Shown piece by piece: positions 22,686 to 37,149 of a stretch of 64,000 bases of DNA; within the stretch, counting starts at the first letter, position 1; every line of letters starts with the position of its first letter. The stretch is taken from assembly GCA_016748015.1 (NCBI GenBank), contig JAAOMT010000479.1, positions 709,824 through 773,823 of the forward strand, read 5' to 3'. Position numbers and translations under genes: made by a program. This DNA is from Geosiphon pyriformis uo1 (lineage: Eukaryota; Fungi; Glomeromycota). Below the pieces are notes generated by a model. The model searched no databases, had not been told where the DNA came from, and was given only the letters and a program-made list of their open reading frames with translations.

Positions 22686-24044
22686 TTAGACGCTCGGTTT
22701 TCTTCTTTCAGCCTCAAGACGACTGTACAACAAATAAAGTGCCATTTGATTCGATTCAGCAGTTCCGGTAATTGTAACCAAACGTTCATTCGTGTTACCG
22801 TGTGGTTCAGCAATTTTTATATGGGAACCAGAAAGATGCCTAATCTCGTTGATTTTACTTCCTCCTTTTCCAATAATACAACCAACCATATCATTTGGAA
22901 TGAAAATTTGTTGTGCTTGGGAGCCTGGTGGAGGTTGATTCATTGGTCCCAGGGGACCAGGCATAAATTCGCGACCGTAAGGTGGTGGCGGGGCAGGAAG
23001 ACTGACATAAAATTGGTGATTGCTAGTGACAGAGGGCTGATGATAGACGATTCGTGGCTGAGGTCTATATGGAGTGATTTGACCACCACGATCGTTTAGA
23101 TGTCTCGATAATTCTTCACCAATATGAAAAACTGCGATATGAATGGAGTCGGGTACACCAGAAATCGAAATGGTGCGTTCCGTCGAACTAGGCAGCATTT
23201 CTTCAGAAGCTAGACATCTGGCACCGGATTTTTCTTGGATTTCTTTGATTTTTGTCCCACCTTTCCCTATCACTGGACCCATTCTAGAATGAGGCACAAG
23301 TAGTCGAATTGTAGTGGACTTGGAGGTAGGGGTGGATGGAGTGTCCAAATTTTCATCGAGGACCTTTCGTGCCACAAGAGCGAAAGCCTAGAGCAGAGAT
23401 GAAAGCAAACGGGTATGAAATTTATGGGCAAATCCAAAAAAACGCTTTATTATATTATATGCTAAGCACCATCTTTACAGCAAGATTGAGATTCACGATG
23501 ATAATTGCAGCTATCGAGTGTTATACATTGGGAAATTCGGTTGACATACCTTAGCAACCGTGTCCAGAGGTCCGGTGACTGTAAGAATTCTTTCATAGGC
23601 ACCTTGAACCATCTCGGATATAGTAACTTTTGCACCAGATCTATCACGAATCTCGCTAACGTTTTTTCCGGCTTTGCCAATAATCACACCAGCTTCTTTG
23701 GTAGTAACTAAGGCGCGAAGTGAAATGGTTTGTAAAACAGCTTCTGTTTCGTTAGGCAGGTTAGTCTTTTCCTTGGTATCATTGCACTTTTCAGATGGCG
23801 GAGTATTTACATCCATAACTTCAGGAGAGGCTGAAGAAGAAACGACGGCCCTATCTTCACCATTAATTTCTTGAAAAGCTAATTCTGAATTTTCGTCTTC
23901 CTCTCCCCCAGAGTTATTCAAAGCTGGACGCTTAAATCGTCCTCTACCTTCATCAAAACTAAGGTCGTCCTCATCGTCGTCTGAAGGAAGAGAACGCTTC
24001 CTTTCAGAGGGTGAGGGAGCAGCATCTTCACCACGGTCAGACAT
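22686..24044 (-). CDS. Three-KH-domain RNA-binding protein (hnRNP K/PCBP; fungal Rnc1/Pbp2/Hek2-like), 2 exons, ~398 aa
   Basis: Exons 24044-23550 and 23387-22686 with a GTATGT...TAG intron. KH GxxG loops IIGKAG, VIGKGG and IIGKGG. Confidence 0.93.
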
Positions 24045-24809
24045 TCGTTATGAGGAGTAATAGGAGGGTAATGGATTGTGATAGAAAGCCAAACTGCAAA
24101 AGGAAGATTGTTGGGGGTGTGAGCGTTACTTTTTGGGATATATATACGACATAAATTGCAAGAGGTAGCATTTTGTTCAAAAATGAGACTTTCTCGTTTA
24201 TATGTGTTATCTAAGCAAGACTATTGAAAGGAAGCAAAAAAGGAGAAAGAAAGCAAGTTGGACAGGGACGGTACCAAAAAGCAGATTTACTGAATTTTAA
24301 AGGGTTGCGAGGAGGTGGAGAAGGTTGTGAGGTATTCCTTAGAGCTACAACTACTTCAGTGTTGATCTTTTGATTGTCTTGTCTCCTAAAGACAAAAATA
24401 CGTTGGTTGGCGTGCCTAAAAGAAGGATTTTGGGAATTTTTTATGTTCTTTGATTTTCCCTTTAATCAAAAAGTTGATCTTTGATGATAAGAGATTGATA
24501 GATGGGAAGGTAAGGGTTGAATTTGATCAAAGAACAATCTTAAAGTTACAATGATAAACAAAGTACAAAGTTGAAAGCGGGCAAACAACCTTCTAACAAA
24601 TTTATACTTTTCATAGATGAATTGAAAAAGGTTAGTTTAAAAATGAAAAAGGTATTTGCTTATTTCAAAGGAATCGAAATCTTTTTAAAAAATATTTAAT
24701 CATTAAATGCAACAAAAAATAAAATTGATTAAATTTAAACACAAAAACACAATATGTGCATTATTAAATCAAGAATTAATTTTTGGTAAATTATTAATTT
24801 TGTTATTAC

Positions 24810-24842
<33 letters not shown>

Positions 24843-25446
24843 GCTTAAAAAATAATTATTTAAAAATGATTTAAATGAAACATTAACAGAAGCTTTATAT
24901 TTTTTAAAAAAAATCAAAGTTGGTAATTTTTGCAATATGTTAGGTTACTGATGTTTAATTAAATATTTACTATATGATTTTCCTGTTTAGTGAAAATTTT
25001 CCAAATTAATTCTTGGGCATCTAAAAATTAGTTGTCTTTTAGATAAAAAATTGCGACATGATTAGATGGTCAACCATATATTTCTAATATATTAATCTGA
25101 CACATTACAGAGCTCTTAATTTTTTGAGAATCAAAATATCGAGGCTTTTAATGAAAAGCCATAACAATGACCCAGTCAAAAAAAGAACCATTTTTATCTT
25201 ATGCCTACTGAAAATCGACTTGGATCTGTTCTCATTAATTATCCAGGATCAAATGGTTCAAATTGATATAGCTAATCATGTTACAAAGCCATATTCCCCG
25301 CGAAAAAATATTAAAACCTAGTTTCATTAGATTGACTATTTTCATGTTCATCATTAATCTTAATAGCTTATATCTGGAATGAGAAAAAAATTAAAAAATT
25401 CTTCGATATATATACCCTCTCCCCGACTTTAAAAATTATCCAAACC

Positions 25447-26524
25447 TTATTTGGCAAAAACATCGATCTTTCTTTTAAATATGAGAGAAAGCTCCTTATT
25501 CAATAACTCCTCTAGCGTTGAATTATCACGATGATAAAACCATTTCTTGTTCTGCAAATCGTAGTCGTACCTTTTGGGGCCACTGTGAAATAAATAAAAA
25601 AATACCCAATTTAGACAATTTAGACTATTGAAACAAAAGGATGCAAGAAACATCAAGCATTTAAGTACAAACCTAACCGGTGATGATAACCAGATTTGTT
25701 TATTGGGTGGCTGCTTATTCACCACGTAAGTCCCCGTGACTCCACACCTCAGTGTTAGAACACCACTCTATCATTCACACGATCGAATCACCATCAAAAT
25801 TTGTTATCCCCATGTTGATCTACCATTCGAAAAGAATAAACACACAAACAAAATTCTCTTCCGTCTCTCATACAAACTCGTTCACATTAAGTAACATTGA
25901 AAAAATGTAGGCTATGGAACATGTACCCATTAACTACGCAGAAAAAACGAACCATTTTACACTGACTCACCGAATACTCGACATCATATCGGGAGAAATC
26001 TTCAGAATCGCTATCAAGCTGGTCACCTAAATTTTCAAAATACTCTAGCAGCTTTTCCATAGTATCCTCTGATAAGCGATGGTATTCCTCTGTTGATAGA
26101 TTACTAGAGTAACAAATTGACCAGAAAAAATCGTTTAATTTGTCAAAGATAAGAAAACGTATAATATTTCCCTGATCCTAATAACATGCCTAATTTCGTA
26201 TTTTAAGCTCCTCACCCCATTTTCCCCTTTGGCAGCTTCGCCAACTAAAGATGCCGTACTAAAAAAACCTTCACCTTCCCTTCGCAGCCTGTGGAGTGCT
26301 TTATTCTCATATGCTGGAGAAATCAAAATCTGTCTAAACCTAAAATTATTCTTTTGCCTTAAGGTCAAGGCTGCTATATTCCTAGTGTAAGTATTTAGTC
26401 GAGGGGATAACTTTAAAGTTTGAAATGCCGACTTTGGTGGAAATCTAGAAAGTGAGAAAACAGAAAGAGTGAGAGAAGACATGATCAGAAAATGAAAATT
26501 GCAAATTTTAGTTGAGATCAGCAT
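25447..26524 (-). CDS. YFH1: Frataxin (mitochondrial Fe-S assembly factor), 4 exons, ~218-232 aa
   Basis: Exons 26524 (or 26482)-26190, 26103-25971, 25767-25673 and 25582-25447. [38 protein letters not shown]; Arg/Ser-rich presequence. Confidence 0.95.
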
Positions 26525-26898
26525 TTATAATTTTACTATTTAATGGTTTTTACAAATTGTGACATCATTTTAGATTTTGATATAACATCTAGAAAAAGTA
26601 AAAGCTGCCCGAAAATCACACCTAAGAAAATTATACGAACCCAAAAATCTGTCCTATTGATTCTCAAGGCTAAACATTTGAAATCTATTACGATACAACG
26701 GAAACAAAGTAAAATTTCATGATAAACTATTACACAAGTTGTTTTTTCGAATTATCTATATTTTTTAAAACTAAAAACGGTGTAAAAAATTATATACGGT
26801 TACTACACTAAAATTACTAATCTAAACTATTCCCCATTAGAGCATCATTAAAATAAATATAACATTTTTTGAGATGACACAAATCTAAATCTTGGAAT

Positions 26899-29597
26899 TT
26901 ATTTAGACAATCCCATTCGTATTCCGATCGGTACTTCATCGTCCTCGCTTGCACTATTACCCTTACCACGACCCTTCTTTTCAGCACTTAAAGTTTTTAA
27001 TAGTCCACCAACCGGCACCTTATCACTCCCACCACTCACTGATGAGTCCTCGAACTCGCCAGCATTCAAAACATCGTCCAAAATCGATTCATAATAGCCG
27101 CTATTGTCCCCTTCCAGACCATTTTTAGCTTCCAACATTTCGGCCGTTAACTTTTCTTTGGTTAAGGTGTTGGGAGCCAATGATCTGGTTGGGGTTGTTC
27201 TTGCTGATCTTGGGTTACTACCTGATTGTGTTTGTTCAAAATATTCCCCAGTTTCTTTATTTGAGTCACTCGGATAAGCGGGTGAATGTGGAGGCGTCTT
27301 TTGACTGGCGCTTGATGCAAACATAGCTAAAGGTAATTGATCCGCAAGTGGTATATTCTCTGAGGATGAACTTTCATTATCTGAACTATTCACTCCCATT
27401 TTCTTTAGTTTAGCTTGTCGTTTACTGGGTGTTCTTGATGGATTTGTCGATAATACTTGAGTTGTTGGTCGGCTATTTTGGCGACTTGTTGAGTTTGATT
27501 TTGGTTTTTCATCATTATCATTATTATCATCATCATCATCATCACCACTTTTTACTAAGGTCGATTTAGCACGATTCAAATCTCCCAATGATGCCAAAGT
27601 TGATCCAATCTCCCCGATCAGTAAATCAGAAGCTGACGATGATCGAACGGCTTGTCGCCGTAAATCTTCGCGTGATCTTTTATCATCTGAGCGTTTTCGT
27701 GACGACGAACTTCGTATCTCAACACTGCCAATAGTTTTAGATCTTGATAATGGGACCTCTGGTTGTGAATCCCGATTTGATGACGATCTAGTCTCATCAC
27801 GAGACTTTGAAACTGATCGATGTGCACGTGATGCGGTGCGATCTGTTTTTCTACTTTCTCTCTCGTCATTTACAGGATCTTCGCGAGGCTTTGAACCTGA
27901 ACGATGTACACGTGATGCGTTGCGATCTATTTTTCTACTTTCTCGCTCATTATTTACAGGGTCTCGTGATCTTGAGCGTTCTTTTTGATTAATAGAGCGA
28001 TGGTGTGATCTCGATTCTCGATTGTCTTGATCTTTTTCGCGCGACGATCGCATTCCAGCTGTTGTTGAAGATTTTGTTGTCGGTTTTGAGTCTTGATGAC
28101 GTTCCTTGTCACGATCATCACGTCGATCTCTATTCCTTTCCCTTTCTCTATCCTCACGTCTATCTTCTCGTCGCTCTTTATCCCTATCCCTATCCCTCTC
28201 CCTCTCCCGATGGCGTTCTTTCTCATCCCTTTCCTGATCATGTAATTTAACTGATGGTCTACGAGTGACATTTATCACCGTTGATTCTTTGGCTGATCGA
28301 GTAGCGGGTATTGCTTTGACTTCTGATGAACGTCCTCGAAGTCCTTTGTCTTCAAGTTCTTTTGATAACTCTAAAACTGCATCATTTTCAACATCAACCA
28401 CTACCGAAGAAATGGGCAGGTAACGACTTCCTGAAAGTCCAGATCCAAGTTCTTCCAATTGTGTTTTTTCATCAACTTCATCATGCATATCCACTACTAC
28501 CTCCCTTGTTTCCTCCGAACCTTTTGTCCTTTTTTGAGGCGGTTTTGATTTGACTTTATTTAACAAACCACTAAGTTTTCTTTCTTTCGGGCTTAGAGCT
28601 GACAGCGGTATTTTCCCGCTAGACTGAACGGGAATCGATCGACGATTCCCTGCTTTTGCTAATAAAGTGTTTGGGTTTAATTGTTCATTTGGCGCATTCC
28701 TCATATTTGGCGGTGTTATAATATCAGTGACATCGGAACGATCACGGTACTTATCGCTGGGATTGTGCCGTCTCCAAACGTAATAGACACCGCCAAGGAA
28801 TATAGCACCGGCGATTGTGCCGACAATGATTGCCACGGGTTTTGGCCAAGTTCCCAAGAAACCGAGCGATATCGAATCCTTTCCACTTGTTTTGGCCGCT
28901 AAATTACGACAAAAATTACTTTGTTTACATTGTTGCCCAAACAAAGTAACATTTGCAGTTGCTGTGTTATAGGTCCCATCCGATTTTGGCGCTGAAATTA
29001 CTCTGAATGAAGCAAAGAATATCTCTGAATTTCTGCTACTACACTCAAAACTGCTGGGAGGCTTTTTAATACATTGGGTTTGAGTGGACGGTGATGTAAG
29101 CTCTGGGACCATGTTGTCATTGGGAAATTGAATCAATGCCTGATAACTGAAATCAGGTGTGTCAGCGGCAGCTGAACTGGTGGCGCTAATGTTAAATTGT
29201 TCTTGCCCGGGAGTAATAATGTCTGATCGTAAAGCATAACAACATTCCTCTAGATAAAAAAATGGGAAAAAATGTCAATTTTCTCGATTTAAAGCTTCTT
29301 AGGAAAAAGAGAAGAGACCTATAGAATGTTCAAATCTGGAAATTATTGGGAATCACGTAATAAATTTTAAATTTTCCCACCTACATTTTCCCCTCTTTCC
29401 AATGCCGCCCACTTACTCACCACAAACATACACACATACAATTTCTCTCTCTCTCTCTTTTTCTTTATAACATATTCGTACAACTTTCAAAGCTAAAACC
29501 CACAAAACTTACGTGCATCGACGCGATTCTCCAGAAATAAAACAATCAGCAAAAGATAGGTCGCTAGTATCCATATTTTTTTTGTAAATGGTTTCAT
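26899..29597 (-). CDS. Type-I single-pass membrane protein (~811 aa): signal peptide, 6-Cys ectodomain, TM, long RE/RD/RS-rich disordered tail
   Basis: Exon 1 29597-29513 encodes MKPFTKKIWILATYLLLIVLFLENRVDA. A GTAAGT...TAG phase-1 intron joins it to exon 2 (29249-26899). TM segment VAIIVGTIAGAIFLGGVYYVW followed by RRH. Confidence 0.85.
27796..27963 (-). repeat. Two-copy 84-bp (28-aa) coding tandem repeat
   Basis: DPVNNERESRKIDRNASRVHRSGSKPRE / DPVNDERESRKTDRTASRAHRSVSKSRD. Confidence 0.9.
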
Positions 29598-30377
29598 TTT
29601 CTTTCGCAATTTTTTGAAAATTGACGTTATGGATATAGAAAGGTCTCGCTTCCGACAATGACAACCAAGAAATCTGACAAAACATGAAAGAATTCGAATT
29701 CATAAAATTGATAGGATTTTGTAAATTGATTGATAATAGAAACAGTTAATTGGAAAATTCTCACATACTCTTGATAGCAAAGGTGTTTCTCGTGGTGTCC
29801 TAGGCTTGGATAACGACCCAAAAACCAGGCTGAGAGATGAGTGGATATTTTTCTTCCCCCGACTTGGTATTTTGTGTCGAATTTCTTTTTTTTTTTTTAA
29901 TGCTCTGGATATGTCTACCTCATATCTGTCGACAAGAGACGAATAAGCCGTTAGTTTCGTTGAGAAATTGCTTCAAAAAGAAATCGAAAGGGCAAATAGG
30001 GTGAGCCTTGGAATTAGCCAAGTTCTCGAATTGTTAGCTTCGCACTTTTCACCTTTATATATATATGTATATGTATAATTTCAAAGTGTCACAAGAAAAA
30101 AAAGGAAGGTGATGTGTCGCGCAGGGTTGAAGATAAAAAGGCAAATCTTCAAGTTGTCTTTTTAAGGTAAAGAAAACAAGGGTATGCCCAAAGAGTAGGT
30201 GGCGAAGGGAGAAGTAATATAAAAAAAAAATGGGTAGACAGGTGTGGGGCTAGTGGCAAGCAAGCGGTTTAAAAAAGATGTATTGTTGGTTGTTGCATGA
30301 GACTGCAGAGATAGAGAGGGTTGGTATGTAAATAATATTTGACAGACTTTTTTCAGCGGGGGGGGGGGGGGGGGGGG

Positions 30378-30464
30378 NNNNNNNNNNNNNNNNNNNNNNN
30401 NNNNNNNNNNNNNNNNNNNNNNNNNNNNNNNNNNNNNNNNNNNNNNNNNNNNNNNNNNNNNNNN
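30378..30464. other. Assembly gap preceded by a poly-G run
   Basis: N run after ~21 G. Confidence 0.99.
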
Positions 30465-30922
30465 AATCTTAGTTTATGAGAATTTTGCTCGTAACCAATA
30501 ATAGAGCTTGTGGCTTGGTGTTACAGAAAAAGACGGAAAAATTCATGAAGGGAAATTTTATAGAGTCACGTATGACTGTTGCGGGAAAACTATAAAAAAT
30601 TTGGATGAAAGAAATTTTCTGTCCTCTTACCATAATTTTTTCTCAGTTTTATTGAACAAAATTTTTTTCTTTTAAATGGATCATCCAAATTAAGGAAATG
30701 CAACACTCTCCACGGGGGGTGGGTGGGTAATGAAAATTAATTTAAGAAAACTGATAAGGGAAAAATCTTAAATTGGATAGTTTTTTTCACTCCAAATTAT
30801 CACAATCAGATAATGGTTGTGATATTCAGAAACACCATTGGGAATGATGGGAAGAGATTTATTATGGATATTGTTGTTATTAATATGTATAAATATATAT
30901 TTTTAAATTACACTGAATATGA

Positions 30923-30956
<34 letters not shown>

Positions 30957-30980
30957 CAAGAAAAACTTTATATTATAGTA

Positions 30981-31016
<36 letters not shown>

Positions 31017-32096
31017 TAATAATGGCAATATAATTTTTTATTCATCAAGAAATATTTTAAAAATTATTGATGTTTCAAACAAATTCGGAAGTTTCTAAAT
31101 TCAAAGTTTTTTATCAAATGTAAAATCTTAAATTTTATTTTTCTTAAAAAAACCATGTCTCACTCATTGTCAATGATCTTTAAAAAATATTTTCGATATC
31201 AACATCAATGAAATCTTCAAATTAAGAAAACCGGAAACGAAATAATTGTTACCTGCCAACCAGCCAGCCAGCTAGCTAGCCAACTAATTAATAGCTTCTC
31301 TCTCTAGTGTAACAAGCTTTATTTATCAGTATGAGTATCAATAAACCATTCGGGAGAAGATAAGGGAAAGTAAAAAAGAGATAGTGATAAGTTTCAGGTG
31401 AGAATATGAAATTAAATTCATTATAATTAATTCTTTATTAGCTAAAAAGATAAGTGAAAGAAACGGGATTAAAAATTCCTAAGAGAATGTATCATGCATT
31501 TAGTAATAAAATGTCGAGTAATTAATGTTGAGTAACAGAAGAACAGAAGAAATTGCATGACGATCTTTATTGTGATTTTCAATTTCCAGTATTAATACTG
31601 GTAAACTTCTATTCAATCTAAATATACATTCACGTCAAGTCAGGACTTGCCTATGAACGCATAGATGGGGAAAATTGTATTAATAAGTAGAATTGATTCG
31701 CTTTTTTGAGGCTAATTTTTGAAAATCTTTAACCTTTTTTAAGTTAAAATGATTTTGTAATATATGAAATGAACTAATACAGGATCTAGGCTGAAAATTC
31801 TTTATTGATGCTGGGAGTTTGTAGGATGATCATTTTTAAGATGTGTATTATTCTCAAAAAAGTTCAAGTTACATTTTTTATCCTAAAATTGATTTTAATA
31901 TTTTTTACTTTATTTGTTAAATCATAGATCTAGTTTTCCTGATCCTTTTAAAAATAGTAAACAATGACAAAATTTTTTTTTCAAGTTTCAAGTTTCAAAA
32001 ACAAAGACGACCTAAAATTTTTCAAGTTAATACGATTTTGAACCCAATTTTTTCGATTTTAACATTTAAAAAAAGCAGTTTTTAGGAATCTTCAGC

Positions 32097-32172
32097 ATGT
32101 ATGTAAGTATTTATGTATGTAAGTATTTATGTATTTATGTATTTATGTATTTATGTATTTATGTATTTATGT
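32097..32172. repeat. (TATTTATG)n/(TATG)n simple repeat
   Basis: Direct inspection. Confidence 0.85.
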
Positions 32173-33076
32173 ACACATTATTTTATTGCAGATAACCGAA
32201 AACAAAAACCAATTCACCCATTTTTGGGATAATTTTCATTGTACCTTTAATGAGAATGATTCTCCGTTATGGACATCATGAAACATTTACCTTAATGACT
32301 TTGATAAAATCAAAGCAACATGTAAATTTTGAAAATGAAAAGGAATTAATTAATTAATTAGGGGATGGTTACATTTTTAATTGCGCAATCTTTTAGGGGA
32401 GTATCAAAGGTGGTGGTGGTGGTGTTGGTGGTGGTGGTGGGAATGATATGGCGGGCGGCGGTCGTTGTCTTGATTCATTATGTGTCAGATTGAAGTAATT
32501 TGTATCAGATATTTAAGAGTTTGATAAAAAAGTAACAAATAGTCTCCGATTGTGATCACAATCTTTTATAATGGTGGTGTGATAAAAATTATGATGATAG
32601 ATGAAAATATTTGGTTTGATAATCAAATTTAAGGGAATTTTTTTTTGAAATCATAAGTCACGAGTAGGCCTAATCATAATTTCGGACCTTGATAGCATCC
32701 GATATCTGGTTCACCTGAAAGACTATGAAAGCTTTTTGTTTAGAATCTAAAAAAAGAGGAAAATTCCTAGAAGTTTAAATAATGCATAATTTAATTTCAA
32801 AATTTCCCATTATTCCTTAGATTCAAAAATATCGCCCTAACCTTTTGAATTTCAATATTTATAAAAAAAGTTATACTTGTTTCCACAGGATCAGGGAATA
32901 AACATGAAAAAAATAAACAAATAAAGAGATTAAAGGTGGGTTTCAATCAGGTTAGAGAAGCTCGTGAGAGGTTTTCTGAAAAAAAAATAAAAAAATAACC
33001 CACAGAGGAAAAACTAAAATTAAAATTAAAAAAACAAAAACGCAACCAATTTACAACCCACTGAAATTTCTTTAAA

Positions 33077-33155
33077 AAACAAACAAACAAACAAACAAAC
33101 AAACAAACAAACAAACAAACAAAGAAACAAACAAAGAAACAAGCAGACAAACAAA
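33077..33155. repeat. (AAAC)n microsatellite
   Basis: Direct inspection. Confidence 0.9.
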
Positions 33156-33964
33156 ATATTGAGAAAACAATATAATTATCTATATTTGATTGAAAATGAC
33201 TACCTTAATTAGTATCAAAATATTTGAAGATTATAAATAGATTTCACATCTTCAATTGAGATCCTTGATTGTTCTTACAATTTTATCTATTTGGCATAAC
33301 AAATATTGAAGCTAACTCAAGAATGTCTTTAATCGGAAGAAACGACTCCTAAAAGATGAAAAAGGATTTTATTTTCTGGAAATGGATTGAAAAAAGTAGC
33401 TATTGTCTCGAATAAAATATTTGAAAGGAACAATCACTTTGCTGTTCGGTTCGATTCGATTCAATTTCATTCGATGATGGCACAATATCCAATATTAATA
33501 AATGTAAAATCGAAAGTTTTCATTGAAATCTTTTATCACCGTAAACTTTTTTTCAAATTTGCATATTTCAAGAAAAAATAATTAGATGCTTCATTACATG
33601 AAAATTATATCTTGAAGAAGAATGTTTAATTGAATGATGGGTTTTTAAGAAGGTGACAAAATTGTCCCTTAGATGGATGGATTTAAAGTCGATAAGTTAG
33701 CTAGAGCATTGAAAATCATGTATCAGAAAAGAAGTATGTCGTAAGTTTCCTCACTAATAAAGTCGAATAGTTAGGAGTTATCAGAAGAGAGGTTAGGAGA
33801 TCATTTGAAATGGTCCACCTTTCTTTGGGTGAGCTTCGAACTTGGGAAATGGTAAGTTAATTTTTGATCATAAAATTATTCTTAAGATTTATATAGAAAT
33901 TTGAAGAATATTTAAGAAAAGCACGTGAGATGGACAATTAATAATTTATTCGAAAAGATTTTTA

Positions 33965-34092
<128 letters not shown>

Positions 34093-34931
34093 ATATTCTG
34101 ATTTTTCATTTATAAAAAATGTAAATTCCTTGATGTTTAAAATAATCAAGTTCTTTCAAAGTGATTTTTTTATTGTAAATTGTCGTTAATTTTTTCTGCT
34201 AATTAAATTTCTTTAAAAAAAATTTCCTAGATGAAATATTTTTCTAACCAAGAAAAAATTCTAAATTAATAATTAAACAATGATTTGTCAAAATATAAAT
34301 ATATATGTATATCACATTAAATCTTAATTATGACTTAATATTTTTTCAATTGTAAAAAACTTTTTTGCCACTTTTAAATTTTGTCCCACCGAATTTTTAA
34401 AGACCCGACTCTTTTATTCTAATACGAATTTCAAAGTTTGACACGTTTAATAAATTTCATTAAATTCGAGAATTCCATTAAAAATTTATATATCATACTT
34501 TAAAATATGTACAAAAAGAATCTATATTGGGTCATATAGACAGAATTCTATTGCGTAACTAGAAATTATGATTTTTTTTCTTTATTTTAAATGATGTGAG
34601 GCTCTAAATTTTTTAACAATTTTTACAAATATATAAATTTCGTAAAATATTCAAAGGATCAATATATATATATGTATTAATAGAATACAAATTTCAAATT
34701 ATGTCATGTGTTTTTGAGCTATTTGGGAGTTTCGATTTTTGCCAACATAAAATCTTTTAAAAAAAACATGTTATAATGTAAACACTCAGACTAGCATTTT
34801 CTGATCGTTTTTTCTTAAATTTTAAAAAAACTAATATGAATTTATATTTATAATTCTATACCTTTGAATACTTTTGAAAATTTTGATAAACATGCTTAAA
34901 ATGTTTGAGCAAAATAAATATTAAATTAAAA

Positions 34932-34967
<36 letters not shown>

Positions 34968-35432
34968 TCAAAGTAATTGAAATAATAATCCCTACCTGGC
35001 AGAATTCTATTTTTTATTTATTTTAATTGAAATTTTTATTATTTTATGCTTGAATAAAACTATGTACCAAAATAAAATATTATAACAAAATATTAAATTT
35101 GTTGAACTTTATAATCAATTACTTTAAAAATATTTTCAAAAGATTAAAATTATAATTATTATTTTTATTTTTGAAAATTCATACTTTTATATATATATAT
35201 ATATATATTTTGTTTCACTTTTTTTAAATCTAATAAATTTTATAATTTTCTTTCAAATATTTAAATGAAAATATTTACATTTAATTTTATATTATTAATT
35301 AATAAATTTACAGTTGTTTTATTTGAAATAATAATAATAATAATAATAATAGGTTTGATTTAATGTCTAATATATATATATTTTTTAAGTTTAATTCTTA
35401 AAATTTCAGTAATATAGAATGGCTTGGCTTTC

Positions 35433-35474
<42 letters not shown>

Positions 35475-35588
35475 CATGCCAAAAATTTACGAAAAAGTTT
35501 TATTGCTCCGCTCAAATCCCCGATAGTTTCCAAATTCAGCTTTGATCCGACCCTATCCGATTATTGACACGTTAAAAATAAAATTTTG

Positions 35589-35629
35589 CTTCTTCTTCTT
35601 CTTCTTCTTCTTCTTCTTCTTCTTCTTCT
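35589..35629. repeat. (CTT)n microsatellite
   Basis: Direct inspection. Confidence 0.9.
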
Positions 35630-37149
35630 CGGTACTATCAAGTGATAATTTTTAAATCACCAAATTTTAAAAAATCAAATTCGTAATCACAAATTGTCAT
35701 AGAATTCTATATATTAGAGTAGGAGAGACAAAAATTCCTTATAATTATATATAAAAAAATTGAATCACTGATAAATCACTTTGTAACTTTTTTAATTATC
35801 GCTTAATCAGATTAATCGTAATAGTATATATTGAATATTATATTTTTATTAATCGACGTCATGTGTTAAATCAATCGATCTTTCAGAAAAAAAGCTTTAT
35901 CAAGTAAAATTCTTGACAAAACGATTGTACAGTCTCTCTCTCCAATTACGATGCAAAAGGTTAAATTGGACGTATAAATTAATTCAATCAAACCGAAAGG
36001 GGCCATCGGAAATTTCTCCAAAGGGTCACCTTTTTTTAATACAACTTCAGGTCGAAAATCGGACAATGTTACAAAAGAATTTCCAATTTACATTTCTTTG
36101 TTTCACATATAGGGTACCAAATTAAACCAGTAGTAGAAAACCCCCGTTGCACATGTACACCACAAATTTTTACTAAATTTCCCTTACCACAAAGATCGAG
36201 TAGAATGAATTCCCTAGTGCATCATTATTATTAGCCAGCATGAGATGGTCAATTTTTAACCCATTATCTATGAGATTATAAATAGAACATGAAGTACAGA
36301 AATTTATCTGATCCCACGTGTGAATAGAATTTCCCGACTTTCTGGGTATTTAAACGCATATTATTGATGAACCCCTAAACTTAAATCGTTCTAACCATTA
36401 AAGTTAAAAAATTATTGACTCTTAAACAAGTTAGCGAAAAGTCTATAGCCTTTGAAATTTTGAATAGATGATCGATTATGGATTCAAAAATTCACTTTTG
36501 CGCGTTTCAAATTGTCAATCCAATATCGCTAACTGGTCTACACTTCTTCTACCTATCTAGAACTTTAAAAGTTCATAACACTTAAAAATATCATGGGGAA
36601 TGAAGGAATACGAAATTATAAAATATCATTAGATTTAAAGATTATTATCTGATCATCATACAATTTATTCTGTAGAAAATATTTAATTGTTTTACTCGTT
36701 TTTTAATTGAAAAGGAATTGAGTAAATTTTCAGCTCCATTTGGAAATTTGGAATCAAGCCATAAAAATGTATAATTTCTGCTCATTATATAAGACAAAAA
36801 GGATATTTTTCAAACATTTTAATTTCGAAAACATGATGAATAATGCATTATGTAATTAAAATTAATCTTCGAATATAATTGAACTTTTTAAATTGTATAA
36901 ATATGGAAAATGAAGAAATTAATTAGGATAGAAATAACTCTAACCAGATTGCTGCATAATGAAAAAATTTGGTTGATTGTATTCAATATCAATGAAAATA
37001 AATTTCAGCATTATTTTTATATAGGTATGACTCTATGTATTATCCAAGGATAACACACTTCAGATTTTTTGAGAAGCATAACGAAGGTTATGTGGCGTGC
37101 ATTGTTATATTATTGGAATCGACTGCATATTAATCATCAATCGATCAAA

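Noticed and set aside
22746-28902. Antisense/shadow ORFs over the KH and membrane-protein genes
   Set aside because: Expected by-products of GC-richer, low-complexity coding sequence; no independent motifs.
29509-29703. 64-aa ORF as the first exon of the membrane protein
   Set aside because: Its splice phase is incompatible; the overlapping frame from ATG 29597 gives a signal peptide and the correct phase.
30357-30377. Poly-G as a G-quadruplex element
   Set aside because: Abuts an assembly gap; its length is unreliable and may be a sequencing artefact.
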